A stretch of 64,000 nucleotides of DNA from Convolutriloba macropyga (taxonomy: Eukaryota). The translations under genes were made by a program, and so were the position numbers. This document shows, piece after piece, positions 36,237 through 49,790 of the stretch. How positions within the stretch are numbered: the stretch's first letter is position 1; the number at the start of each line of letters is the position of its first letter. The notes under the pieces are model-generated. The model was not told the DNA's origin. It worked only from the letters and a program-made list of their open reading frames with translations, and searched no databases. Location: positions 13,950,001 to 14,014,000 of the forward strand of contig NC_134480.1 in assembly GCF_964194025.1 (NCBI RefSeq). Reading direction: 5' to 3'.

Positions 36237-38008
36237 CTAAAATAAAATTTTTGGTTAATGGCGAGTTAAAATTTCAAGACATTTTTTGGGTTTTTTGGAT
36301 CAGCTCCTTTTCATAAGGAAAAGCTAGGCAATAGGTTTACAAAGTATCTTCCAATCATCCTATTATACTTTGTATAGTTTATCAAGAAAATTTAAAAGAT
36401 AAAATTGACATCAACTCCTCAAGATTTATTTGATTTTTGAACGAAGCTGCCGCCAAGTGAATATAGCTGCTTAAAATTGTCAATGCGAGAGCAGTCTTCA
36501 TCAAGCAATAATCAAAAAGTCAAACCTGGTCAAAGTCACTGCAATCTTCAAAATAGTCACGCAAATAGAGCACTTGCAGAGAAGGATGCACGCGAGTATA
36601 AAACTTGCTCCGATCTTCAATTGAGAGTAATCTTACAATTCAAAAACCTGTATGAGTTTTTAGGTTTGTGCCACCAACTTAGTCAGGGCAGGTTTTTTGC
36701 ACCACAAGAACACCTGCCATATTCATTGATTCACTATATGCACGTTGAGCTTAACCGTGGGAGTATAACACACTGGAGGGAAATCAAACAGAAAAGATAC
36801 CAAATTTCCACCAATTAATGCTGTTTATCATTAACTGATGAGCTCTTCACATTTTTTAAACCGGAGATACGGTTTTTTTTCAGTTTGCAAATGATTAAAC
36901 TTCAAAAAACCAAAAACCTAGAAAAAGTGAACCTAAAATGTTTTTAATATTGATTAGCATTACTAGATTTCAGTGAAAAAATATCTAGTTTACAATGTCT
37001 ACCGTGCATTTTTTTTGTCTCGTTTTCGTATGGATTTTTAACTAATTTTTTGAATCCATTACTACCGAATGAAACAACCTTTTCATCAAGTTCAAAAAGA
37101 AGAATTCTCATGATAGAAGTTTTGTTTTTGGGCATACCCAACATAAATAAACACCTTTGCTCTCCTATGATTTTTTGTCGAGACTGCCAAATCTTTTTTA
37201 ACTTCATATTTTACAGTATCTCCTAGTTTTTTTCAAAAAGTTTTTATTAAAAAACCCGATTTCAGGGAATAGTTAAATGAGATTTTGTTCGAGAGTTTTG
37301 TGCTTGAGAGGCACACAAAATCTCACAAACACACAAAGATCTGTGACAGCCCGAACTCGGTCGAATTTGAACAGGACGAGTGTGAATTTGGTTGCATAAA
37401 AAGAGGCGGAGTTAATAAAACTCATCACTATGTTGTTAATGAGAGGCTACTATTTCCGTACATCTTTAAGTTCTTTTTTTCGTTGGACAAAGTTTTCCAA
37501 TATATCATTTTTCGTTTTTCAGCAAATTTAAGCGTTAACTTGCTTTTTTTCAGCTTGATTTTTTAACCCAGTGTTTTGATCCGGTTCATTTTTTGTCTAT
37601 GCTAGTAAAGACAAATAAAAGCAAATAAAGACAACCAACTTCATTAATATATCAGTCTATTTGCGTTTGAGAATCCATCAAGTATCTTTGAGGTTCCATT
37701 GCTCTGTTTTGTATCAAAATTTTCTCATCTCTGCTTCATATGCAGACAATTAAAACTGGAATGTTAATAAGTGGGTTCGGAACATTATCAGAAAACACTC
37801 AGTACCACGCCCCTTTGTTTGTCAATTGATCGCAAAACTGTAGCCTGATAAAAAAAATGTCATAAAAATGGGGTTTTGTTAATTCTAAAGAGAGGATTCT
37901 AATCTATAAAGTTTCAGGAGAATGGTATATGAACTGAATATCAGGATAAAACATTTCATTCAGAAATTGATCACAGGATTTGATCTCGTGATTTGATCTC
38001 ATTTGGTC

Positions 38009-38372
38009 TTATGATTTGATCTCTGGGTTTTTAGCGGTGTCTGTATTTTTCGACTCGACTGTATTTATTTTCTCATCAACAGCCTTTCTTCGCAAAAACT
38101 TTTCACAAAACATTGCCTTGAAGTGGTCCCTGAACACTTTACTGCCTATAATATAGAAGAGAAAGTTGAAAGACACGTTAGCCGTGGCTGTCAACTCCGA
38201 CATGTGAAACATGTGAATGTATAGATCGTCGTCGTTTTCGAGTTGAAACATTGCAATGTATTGTGGCGTGATACTGCAAAATGAGAAGAATAAGTAGGCG
38301 AATGAAACTAGCAGAAGCATTTTGGTTATTGTCGATTGTCGTCCCGATTTGTTGAAGTTGGTCGCATTTGAC
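38009..38372 (-). CDS. Class A (rhodopsin-like, peptide-receptor type) GPCR, last exon (TM6-TM7, C-tail)
   Basis: Acceptor ttttag|G; TKMLLLVSFAYLFF (TM6); ANVSFNFLFYIIGSKVFR (TM7 NFxxY variant and helix 8); stop at 38009. Confidence 0.9.
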
Positions 38373-38799
38373 CTAAAATTGATTTTAAAAAGAAATATTA
38401 AACGTTTTCACATCAATTTTTTCTTTACAATTGCGTTCTCGTTTTTTAGAGTTGAAAACCAACGCAGTTTTTTGCATGTTCATAGCTGATGGTTAAATGA
38501 ACGTTCCTGAAACTTTGAATCAAATGAAGTTTGATAAAAAACAAAGACAACTGCATAAATTATCGTAATTTTTTCCCAATTTTTTTTTTCGTAATTTGGT
38601 GGGTTGGGAGCTTACATAACTTTTTCTGCCGAGTTTTAGTGAGTTGGGATTTACAGTTGAAATCTTTCCTTTTATATTACGAAAAACCTAATATCATGTC
38701 AGCCACATGATTTGATTCGCTCTTTAATACATTTTGATCTTCAGTTTTGACTACTTAAATTTAACATTACAGTTATAAACTTAAACTCACCCCAGGCTG

Positions 38800-38998
38800 A
38801 GGTCTCAGACCAAAAGTTATCGAGTCCAGACCATCCCACAAGGGTCCCTATGTCCAGACTTTTGTCCATTACCTATGACCAGACTACCTATTACCTCTCA
38901 GTGCGATCATTTGTGATTCCATCCTGTAATTTTGAACGCACGACGCACCCTTGTGGGTTCATTTTGGTCTGGACAAACTAACTTTTGGTCTGAGACCT
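38800..38998. mobile_element. MITE in GPCR intron 3
   Basis: TIRs aggtctcagaccaaaagtta..gtccagacc / ggtctggac..taacttttggtctgagacct. Confidence 0.7.
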
Positions 38999-39034
38999 GT
39001 TCAAAAAGATAACCGGGTTGTTAATCTAACTGAC

Positions 39035-39253
39035 CTGAGTTTGAACAAAATAGCAAAATTGAAGAAAAAGAGAACAGAGGCTGGTACGAAACAGTAGAGA
39101 GACCACTGCCACAGATTGTAAAGTTTCTCACGAAAAGCAGTGATGTCAGACCGCGTGACACACTTTCCATCTTCAAGGTCAACCATGAACAGATTGTCTG
39201 TTACTACAGTGAAGATTAGCAGGTAGTTGGTGATCACACATTTTACAGGATAC
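39035..39253 (-). CDS. GPCR exon 3 (TM4, ECL2 Cys, TM5)
   Basis: tctttag|G acceptor and AG|GTCAGT donor, phase 2 compatible on both sides; YCFVPASVLFFFNFAILFKL. Confidence 0.9.
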
Positions 39254-39763
39254 CTAAAGAAATTGACAGAATTGGTAATGAAAATTAATTTTCAGTGAAT
39301 TGCAAACTGTTTAATATGAACTGAAACAACCAGAACAAATGTTTGCGGTACCAATCGTAAGAATTCATACTACCCAGCGGATGGGGTTTTCCAGATTTTG
39401 TCTTATTACGACACAAACTTGTGGTCTTTTTTGGGGGGGGGGGGGGTGTGAGTGGGGGTTGAGAACCTTCGAGTACAATGCAACCCAAAAATATATGCTC
39501 TGGATAAACCATGCTCATAGAATACACAAACGGTCTAGACTATCGGGTCCTGAGAGGGGTCTGCCCTAATGGGGCACACTCTTCTAGTCTGGAATTGTGG
39601 TTTAATTATAGAACAAAGGCTGGAAAAGGTACCTGTTGCTGTTAGTATCTGCTGCAGGTTCTGCAGGGTTTCTTTAATATGAGCAGCTACTGCCCATTTT
39701 ATTTCTGACATGATGATAAATTTTCAGAACACGTCAGATTTCTGTTATTCAACTGACACTTAC

Positions 39764-39940
39764 ATCATATTGTGTTTAAGTGTTCTGTACGTGAAGGGAG
39801 CATAAAGAGCCAGCACTCGGTCGAATGTGAATAAAACCAGAGTGAATTGAGTCGAGTATGTGGTGGCATAGTTGATGTATGTCATCAATTTGCATGACAT
39901 GCTGCTCAAATTGTAGAGGTCAATCACCCAGTAGTGAAAG
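39764..39940 (-). CDS. GPCR exon 2 (ECL1, TM3 with DRV = DRY-like motif)
   Basis: tttttcag|C acceptor, AT|GTAAGT donor; SCKLMTYINY...FTFDRVLALYAPF. Confidence 0.9.
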
Positions 39941-40001
39941 CTGAAAAAGGTCATAAGAAATTACCAATAATATTAAAAATAATCATAAATCACCCTTAGA
40001 T

Positions 40002-40500
40002 ATGGATGGAATCCCGTATTATTTCATCAACATGCGGATGTGGCGAAGACTTTAAAAAAGAGCACGCTCTACATTGCACAAAATTAGCTATACCCACTTC
40101 AGACACAATGGCATCCGTGAATATTTTGCCAGTCTACTCAAATGATGTTTGCGATACTTTCGAAAAAGAGCCATGTAGCCAGACTTCGCAAGGTGAATCT
40201 TTTGCAAATACAAGTACCGCTACGGATGACCATGATCAAATAGATATCAAAGCTTACAGCTTCTTCAGATAACGTCTCAGCAGAACGTTTTTTGTTGTGA
40301 AAAGGTTTAATCCAGATGCTATGAGTTGCCTTAGAAGCATACTGGATTCCTACCATTATCAGGAGTCCACCAAGAACACGTGAGAACCGTAATTGAAGAC
40401 GAGAAAGCTACTTTCTGTCCGTTAATTTTCTCATAGCGCCATATTCCTTTTCATTCGCAGTCTTGTTGCGCAGTCTTCATTCTCCGTCGCCCTACAGTAG
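40002..40500 (+). mobile_element. CRE-like non-LTR retrotransposon 3' fragment (zinc motif + restriction-like endonuclease) in GPCR intron 1
   Basis: CGCGEDF..EHALHC, NDVC..EKEP..QGESF...TDD..QIDIKA, RTF.VVK.FNP.A.SC, IE.EKATFCPLIFS pattern, decayed. Confidence 0.7.
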
Positions 40501-42287
40501 AAGCCTCAACAGGATCAACAGGAGCCAGTGCAGTGGATGGGCGGCTACTGTCTTAAATGTTTCCATAAAGTTATTTGAAATATTGATTCAATTTCATTGC
40601 ATATTATTTAATATTACTTTTTGATTTCTGATTCTCATGTCTATTTTTCTCAAAAATATGCTATTTGTCTTTCTGGCTTTCGATGTTTCAATTTCTTGCC
40701 ACTATCAAGATTTAAGGTTTATTCATTTTTATTCAGATTTTTTTCTGATCATAGTCGCACAATTTTGAATCGTCAAACTTTCGAATCATAGTGGCATTAG
40801 TTTGCATGGTCTGACAGAGTCAAGACTTGAACGCGTTCTTTCAAATTACTCCTCACTGATTCGCTCTAAGTTGCAGAGGTTCGAATCGTGGCCAAATTCT
40901 TGTCTGGATCTTCTGATCATGGTCAGTTTTTGTTTGGCTCAGCTGGTTCATACTTCCAACACCTCACCCTGGTTTGGCGAGCTTTGGTGATCAGAGGTAG
41001 CAAATTCTTTTGCTATTTTCTTCGGAAATATCCCAACAAACCTTCATTTGTGAATTAACTAAATTGGCATTATATAATATTCTGCTTGAAATGCAATGGC
41101 GTTAAACATATTCTTGGCATAAGTCAGCCTAATAACGTCATTTCTGATTTTTTGCTCAATCATTTTTGAAATACTCTCTACATGCTCTTGTTTAAAGTTC
41201 TCTTCAACTTATTGAGTTTCAAAATGTACCAAATATGATTAAAATTTTGTCATGAGCATAATCTAGAAAAAAGAGTAATTGGGCTGGTAATCAAATATAT
41301 AAAAAAGACTAAATCCTTAGTGGTGGGAAGCTTTAAATGGAATCCGCATTTAGCTAGATATTGTTATCTTTAAGTTCAAAATTACTTATAATCAAATCAC
41401 CAAAAGACAACTGAGGTTAGGAAGGTTTAAATTTTTTCGGACTTGGATTAGTTCTGAGAGCGAATTAAAGTCTAATCACTGCGAATTTTTAACGAGAAAA
41501 ACGCAGATCATGGTGAAAACTGAACAAGTTGAAGTCTGATCCTGCGTAAAAGCGAACAAGTTCGTGCAGGAGTTGGATCAAAATTTTTATAAGTTTTTAC
41601 CACTTGACCAATTAGAATTATGAAAAGAAGTTTTTACGAAAATTTAGGTCTAACACGTTGCTGCTAATTTAAGCATTTTTCAACGACTGGGATATCTTGC
41701 AATCTACTCATAATTGAAACCTTTACCGCTGAAACTTTCTTGAAAAATAGGAGAATACCTTTAATCCTCCAAAAATTGTACTATCTACAGTTCCTTTGCT
41801 CAGTTTAGAAAATGAGTACATTATGGATGTTTTTAGGACTTTAGGAACAATCAACTACAAAATTAGATGATGTATGATTTTGAAAAAGGCAAAAATTGTC
41901 TCTATGAACGAGAATGAAGTAGGCGTTAATAACGGCTAAGTCAAAAACAAACAAGAAAAATCAGACAAACTGACCAAAGAAGAATCTCAACGAGCTGATA
42001 AATTAAAAAACCATTTTGAGCGAATCAAAGTCTTATCATAGGTTTTGATTATTTGGATGGATTAATAACCTGAGCTGTCAAACGAATGGATAATAACAAG
42101 GATGTAAGATTTCACGAACTAGAGAATGTTTGGATCTTTACCTCAAAACTGCCACAAAATTCTTTAAAAAAAGAAAAAAATTGGTGCAAGTTTCACTGGA
42201 ATCCAAATTATCAACAACTTCATTTGACACCTTCTATCACCGCGTGAAGGTTGAGCAACAAATCATTTTTTATAAAAATGAACTCAC

Positions 42288-42576
42288 AAAACGGTCAATA
42301 TTGAGTCCACAAATCCAGACACAATGTCCCCAATACATAGAATGACCATGTACACCATAGATGAACTATCCACTCCCATATGCAGAATGGTCAATATTCC
42401 CAATCCATTCAACACGAATCCTTCACAGACAAGACAATCAAGATTTTGACATAACTGTTTCGATTCGATAATTCATTTGCTTCAGGACGTAACAAGTGCC
42501 TACCGTTACAGAAGAATTTTTGCGCGAATTCAGTCGTTTTTAGATCAGCTTTCCTTTTTTTGGTATCTTAATACAT
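42288..42576 (-). CDS. GPCR exon 1 (TM1-TM2); 5' part appears disrupted
   Basis: GFVLNGLGILTI...SSMVYMVILCIGDIVSG; donor TT|GTGAGT joins exon 2 in frame. The upstream frame ATG-TAT-TAA...YVKILIVLSV is offset by one base at ~42422. Confidence 0.65.
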
Positions 42577-45500
42577 TGTAAAAGTTGACAGTACTTACCT
42601 GTACTCTATAATTTTATAATTTCATTAGTCTGTAAATCGCAGCAACTTTCTTCAACTAGGTTCATTTCGGTAAGCCGGTAGATAATTGTATTGTTTATGA
42701 CTTTAAGAAAAATTATTCAATTTATGTAACTCAAATTTGATTCAATTTGGACTAATTGTTGAAAACACTGGAAATCAAGTTTCCAAAATTAAATTTCTTC
42801 CAATTAAAGAATAAAACACCAAAACAAAGTTTGAAAAACAAGCTTTTTAGGCGAAGAACCACTTTTTGTCAATGATATGTATACTAATATTATTCGATGT
42901 ATACTCTATAACTTCATTTAAATGCCGCCCTACACCTTATTATTTACATAATGAATGTCAATTGATGTCAAAATCCTGCCGATGACGCCAATAATTGGAA
43001 TCAAGAACGAGTTTATGTTAAGGAAAATTGTATTTATAAAACTGTCCGATGTTATTTCTATTTCATCAATTTCAAATTCTGTAAAATTCTCCATTTTAAT
43101 GTTTCAATAACAAACCGACCTGGTGATTCTTAATTTTGAGTTACAGATTATGGTCTCTTTTAGAAAGTACTATTTTTATTTAATCTTTGATTACGTTGTT
43201 TTAAAAAGTCTTGCAATGGGTAATTCTTAAGATAAATTCGGAAGGGCTTTTGAAAAAGATAGTTGCATTTTCAAAACACTTATTTCAAGGTTTTTGACTT
43301 TTATCGTTTCAGTTTATCAGCGTTGGCGCCTACCACAAAACTTGGAAGTCAATTTAGGCAGTTAATTTATCATCGCAACTACATTTGATGAAATTTGCAT
43401 CGTCAAATATTCTTGTCGTTGACATTGAAAAACTGCACTTGAACAGAGATTTCAAAGTTGTTTCATCAGTTTTGAAAGTCCACAATTAATTAATTTAGTG
43501 CCGCCTTGCACTTTGTGCCACGCCTTTGTCCTCCTTCAGCCCCCCTCCCCCACTCTCGTTGGTAGGCTTTGGAGAATATTGCTATTTGCAAAACGCTTCA
43601 AAACCTAAGTTTATTGCACCACAAATTGTACACTTTGCTGGTATTTTTGAACAGCACTCGCGATAACTTCAACATCCCGCGGCCAAAAATTGTTTCTTCA
43701 ATTTTCTTATTACATTCTCAATAAAAAACATTTCTTTATTTAGAAACCAAATTTTTTCGACAGCCTTCTTATGAGAAATGCGAGTAAAGTCACTCGAGCA
43801 GAACGTACGTTTTAAAGCTTTATTGTGCAATTTTTAGAAACCAGTAGAACAGGATTTGCCATGTTGATGTTTTACTAACTTACAGTACCAAAAATGCCTT
43901 ACATAGAAAAAGGAGGATAAAATGTTGAAATCGAACTCAAAATCTGCTCTTTTTGAAGGCTATATGAGTATATCAACCAAAAAATTTTTGCAATAAACTT
44001 TCTAATTTACAAATAACTTTCGAGGGCATGAAAACTTATCGGAAAAAAGCCAGGCTGACCGGAAAAGCTAGAACGAAACACAACAAATTACTTCATTTAA
44101 CATTTTTGCTCCCACTTCATTTCAAATGACTGAAAAAAGGACAGTGCTTGCAAAATAATCACTCGGTATGATTGAAGTCCGAAGGATAAGTCGAAAGGAG
44201 AAATCTAAAGGAAAGTGCTTTTTAGCACATATCTCTGATTTTAAGTGACACTTATGAAAATATCCACTAGAAAAAAAATGTAATTCACAATTTAAAAAAG
44301 TCTGAATTGAAAAAAAAATTGGATTATAGAAAAACAAATTAAAAGAAAGATTACTCATAAGAAATTTTTAGGTACCAGACAAAATTATTAATCATCAGTT
44401 ATAAAAAGGACATCTATTAGCCTAAAAAATTATTATATTCTAAGTTATATTTTAGACATGGTTTTTGAATACCCGGTCTAAAAACAGTCGTTCGTTTAAA
44501 TTGGGCTTTTGAACGGTAACGTGCTAAATGATATAACTATTCTGCAATCTGCAAACACTCTAATATACCAAAAATCTTTGCCAATTCGATTTTTTTATGT
44601 TGAAAAAACATCAGCCCCTATAATTCCTCAAAACAGAGGGGCATTAATGCCCACAAGGGAATTATTAATTTTCCAGAAAATTTTTTAAATCTCTTTTTGG
44701 TTATTTGAACCCGTCTTGAGTATCAAATACTGCTGTGGAACAGTAGAAGAGAACAACCGAGTTCAAATTGATGGCAAAATCTTGGAAATATTCAATGCTG
44801 CGAAGGATTATAGAACAAAAGTAGGAATAAATGACCCGACAGAAAGATTTAAGGAAAAATCCGACTTAGAGGAAAAAAGGTTTGCTCAACATTGGACATA
44901 AATGAAACTCTCCGAGAGCAACAACGGTACTCAAGGTATGAGTGACCCTGAAAACTTTTCATTGGATGCAGACAATCAGGTCAAACTTTTTGTAAAAGTG
45001 CGAGATTTTAATTAAGGAATTTTTGAAAGATGATGAGCTAAACGCCAACCATTTTCATCCCTCTCGCGCTGAGTTGCCTAAGAGTTGGACCGCCCAGTGA
45101 CTATCGATGTTGACAAAATTGCGCAAGAGGATATGTTGTAGAAGCAACGCAAACATCTTCGTGCTGATGCAAAAACAATACTAAACAAAAAACGTCTTGA
45201 TCGTAAAGGGACTATACGCCAACTAAATGTTGCCACCAATGTGGACGTTGATCAAAATTTTATGAGAAGAAAATCGAGTCTACATATATAAATTATAAAG
45301 AATAAAACTTTTGCGCACGAGATGCTGGTGATATCTATTTAATTCCAAAATTGTGATTAAAAACACCGTGTAGTAAGTGCACATTGTCCTACCCCAAACC
45401 AAATGACGCAAGCTAAATCAAGCACCTTTATTGTGCTGTGAATTTGTATTCTAAAGCCCAGACAGATGAAATCCTCTAATCATCTGCAAAAACGTCTGAT

Positions 45501-46259
45501 AGGTTATAAAAAACACTGCTATTTGATGTTGTTATGGCAGCCATGCTTGACTTAATCTTAAATTTTCTGTTCTTCTTTGAATTTCTGTAATTTTAATACG
45601 AGATTTTTTTATTCAAAATCCCCGAGTTTTTTTTGCAAAGATTTTCAAAAAAGGAATTGCAGTATCTCTAAATAGGAGCTGGTGGTCCAACTGGACGTGA
45701 TTTGAAACTGAAGGTTTGCATTTCCCTAGCTCTCGCACTTATCTACTTTTTGAATTGTTCTCAGTATTATTGTCTAAAATTTTCTTTCATGCTTCCTACT
45801 CAAGACCAAATCGTCGCCCTTTTCAGTTCAAAATGAATTTTCTCTGAAGGCTAAATAGGTTTTTTCAAAATTCTGTAGTTTTATTTGCAACTGGAAGCGG
45901 CGAGTATGCAGCGACAGTTTGAAAAAAAAACATAAAACTAAAAATATTGAATCATAAGTCATTCATAGTTTGAGGCAAAGCTCTTGTTCAACCATAGCTA
46001 GATTGAATAAAAATAACTTTAGAAACACTGGCTTGTTTTCTGTTCTTTGGTCTACTTCTGAATTCCTAAAATTCAATGCACTAGCAATAATTTTTGTATC
46101 GGAAACGCTTTAAGTGTACAGATTGATCAGTGTCAGTGGGTTGGTACTTAGACTACGACAAAGACTACGGTAATTTTGATTACTAATTCTTTTTCCTTTC
46201 AAAGTTTTTTGAAATGACAACAACAAATTGTGTTGGAACAAAACCGATCATTTTCTTTT

Positions 46260-47150
46260 TTTAATTGCAAAACTTTCTTTCATTACGTCTTAGCTTCAAT
46301 TAAATTGATATTTCATTTCTGGTGATAAGCCGTTTTTAGTTGTCACAAAACATGGATTCGTGAGCATTCAAACCTAATTGTTTTCCGCCCACAATGATGG
46401 CGAAACACTAAAATCTGCAACCGGAGACACAGTTATCCAGTTCTCAGTTTAGGAGAAAATAGTCTGACTACTATTGAGAAGATGAGTTACGAATATGTAC
46501 AGATCCTTACCGTTCTAGCAAATGGTTCGAATAACAAAAAAAAAACATTTGTTTTATGTTGTCTATAGAGCAACTAAAAGACATTTTTGAGCTCAAGGAC
46601 ATTCTTTTGAAACATTTGCTTGAAATAGGAGGACAAAGCAAAAGTAACCACACTGTTTGTCGCGACTTCAAAATAGACATCTCCCTTGAGCCAGATCCAG
46701 ATGAAACGCTTTTCATATTTTATCACTTAATTACATAAAGCATAACCAACACAAAAACGAATATCGTGAAAAGCAGTTTCTTTTCCAAAAGTAGAAAAAA
46801 AACTAAAACAATCTAGAGACCAAACCCTAAGTAGACAATAATATTCGAGAAGGATTTGACAACATACAATCTTACAGAAACAAAATTTTATCAGAATTTT
46901 TGAAGAATTGTTCGATTAATTTATACGTCAGAAAAGCATCACTTTAAGTAAAAAAGAGATGAACCACTAATGGAGAGAAGAATCGTGGCAGCAGAAGAAC
47001 AAAATGTGGAAGTTTTTAGAGACCAAATATCCAGAAGCTGAAGAGCACTTAAACTGCAGCGCAACAAAAGTTTGCCGTTAGTTCACCCAAAAAGCAACAA
47101 AACACTTTGAAGAAAAGTTGAAAAAGCAAAGAGTTCTCAAATTCAAAAAT
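46260..47150 (+). mobile_element. LINE (CR1/L2-like) ORF2 AP-endonuclease relic
   Basis: VTKTWIRE (VTETWL-like), VYRA, TVCRDFKIDI (CGDFNID-like) and a later QRNK motif; many stops. Confidence 0.5.
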
Positions 47151-49790
47151 AATCTGACTACGGAAAAAGAGTATACGCTTTAACCAACATCACAAAACAG
47201 ATATATACGCACAGAAGCTGAAAATTTTTTGTTTTAATAGAACCGAATTTGGCGACAAATTTTAGTAACATTTTTGGTAGCATAGCACGCAAAAGAAATT
47301 AATGTTTCTCAGGGAAACAGACAAAGCATAACTGTATAAGGAAATAGAAATAACAGAGTTGGACAACAACTGAAGCCTAGATTTTTTGGACTATTAAGTT
47401 TTTTTCTCAAAAAGTCACCAAAATTATCAAAACTGCCTGGACAATTTTCCCAAATTTTCAAATTATTTCTAAATTAATACTGTACTTAAAAAGAGATCAT
47501 AGAATGAAGCTGGAAAGCACCGATTTATCTTTTGTTACCACTAGTTGTAAAATTTCCTTGAAAAATGTACAAAAACAATCTTTGTCTTCCTAATAAAATA
47601 AAAGTTCTTGTCAGGCAGGCAGTTAAGGTTCCTCAAACTTTCAACAGTTGATGCGACAATGGACAACGAAGACCTTCGAAACATTGCCTTAGCAAAAGGA
47701 AGAAAATAAAGCAGTTAAATATTCAATGCAAGATTTATCAAAGTCCTCCTAGTTGGTCAATCACTAATTGCTTGTAGCTAAATTTGGAAGTTGTGGTCCC
47801 AGAAGTACAATAAAACGGTCGTTAGATTCTTTTCTACCAGACTGCAAGCAATTTGTGATGTTCTCCAACAGGTCTTGAGATACGAGAAACATAAGTTTTG
47901 TTTTTCCACAAGAATCTGTTCTGGGGCTACTGTTCTAGAAGAAAGCATTTGATTTTTTTTATTTTTTGAGGTGCATTACTGCAATCATTTTCCCTCCAGC
48001 TGCTTCTGGAAATCATTTATCAAATGTTTTTCTTTGGAAGTCGAAAAGCGCTTGTTAAAAAAGTTTCCCAGGACACTTTCCAGATATATTCGAAAACAAT
48101 TAGAATTTCATTTTACAAGACATGAGATCAATTAGTTTCGAGAAGCAGAAAGGCACAAAAGGTTTCCAAGAAAAGACGTTTTCATTTCGAGTCAAGTAAA
48201 GGCATCATTACTTAGAGAAATTCAAGCCATAATAATTCATTTTGTAGCAATTCAGAATTTTAAATCATCGTAATGAAAATGATTTTTCAATTTAGCTTTG
48301 GGTAGGTGAAACTTTTCATTTAAAATGCCATCATTCAATTTTGTCCCTTGTGCGTATTTCTGTTAGGCGGCTCTCCTTTCGCAGAGGCTACGAAGATTTG
48401 ATTGTTGATTCGCACCGTAAATCGAACTGCCAAACACCATTTCTACATATGCATCCGAAATGCCACAATCCAATTTCTGCCCAACTCGTAGCGCAAAATC
48501 GATTGACCCAATTCTCAACCCCCCCCCCCCCCAGGACTGATTGGTATTATCTATCAAACCCATATACGCACGAGAAATTGACAATAAACTGCTTATACAG
48601 AACGCAACGCCCAATTGAAAAATTATGCGCAATGCATACTTTGTGCAGATAAACCACTATAAATGTCTTACTAAAAAGTTGCAACCACTTCTTTTTGCCG
48701 TTTCTTAATAAGCAAGTGACCATATTGAACACCGAAATTCTTCATGCTAATGTGAATCGCAAAACAGTTGGCGAACTTTCAGAAGTTATTAATCGTGTAT
48801 TTGTCAGATACCGAAATATTACTGTTAAGTGGTATCCATAATAGTTAAGGAAAAAAAGCTAAATGGTTGAAAAACGTGTTTGGTAGTCCAAAAGAACCCG
48901 CAGACAATGGTGATCCAAGAGATAGCGAAGATTCGATTGTCAGAGATGTCTTTCTTGCAACCGTGTTCCAGACTAAGAGATCAAACCCACAACTGTTGGC
49001 CCTAAGAACAAGATAGGACAACCAATGCGGAAATCAAAATTCAGCGCTAATTTAGAGTGCCGTTTAGACATACAGCATGTAGTTGCAGTTGCCGACTGCA
49101 GAGAGGAGTTACAGTCAATTTTTTCACACGCAACAGCAGCGCGGACACAAAAAACTTGCTATTATAGATTGTGACGACAAACAAAATAAGACCAGGCTGA
49201 AACTTAAGACCACCTTTGGATTTTCAACAAAAGAAAATCATGTCTACTGCACAGAAAAACTAGCCTTAAAAGCAGTTTGCTTAAGTTTGCTTAAGTGTGC
49301 AGCAGAGACAAAGGTTGGGCACAAAAAACCTCTCCTCTCTTTAGCTGACGACAAAGCACAACAAATAAAACAGTAAACACATTAAAAGAAATTGCAAAAA
49401 AAAAAATTCCACACTGGTTCAAAATACGTTTCATCTCTCGACAGTTATAAAGCCAAATGGTGCCTTCTATAGCTAATTGACGGCACCCCAAAAACAGAAG
49501 TTTAAAACCGGTAAAAAAGAATTGAAACTGATGTTAAGTTCGGGAGTTTTTGAACTACCTGTCGTACAGAATCGTTTACTGTAGTCGAATTAATTTGCGG
49601 AGCGAAATTAAGATAGTTTTTGTTACAAAAGTATTAGTGATTTCGCAGAGCGAATTTGCTATTTAATTTGTGCCTTGAATTTCCGTTTTTCTAGGTTCCA
49701 CCCTTTTTTTAGAGTGATTTTAGCGTCGCCAAATCAGCGTTAACTTATACACTAGTATTTCGCTGAGCGAAAATAGGCTTATTCTGGTAT

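Noticed and set aside
40560-42280. Coding-like decayed sequence in GPCR intron 1
   Set aside because: Too degraded to assign any family by eye.
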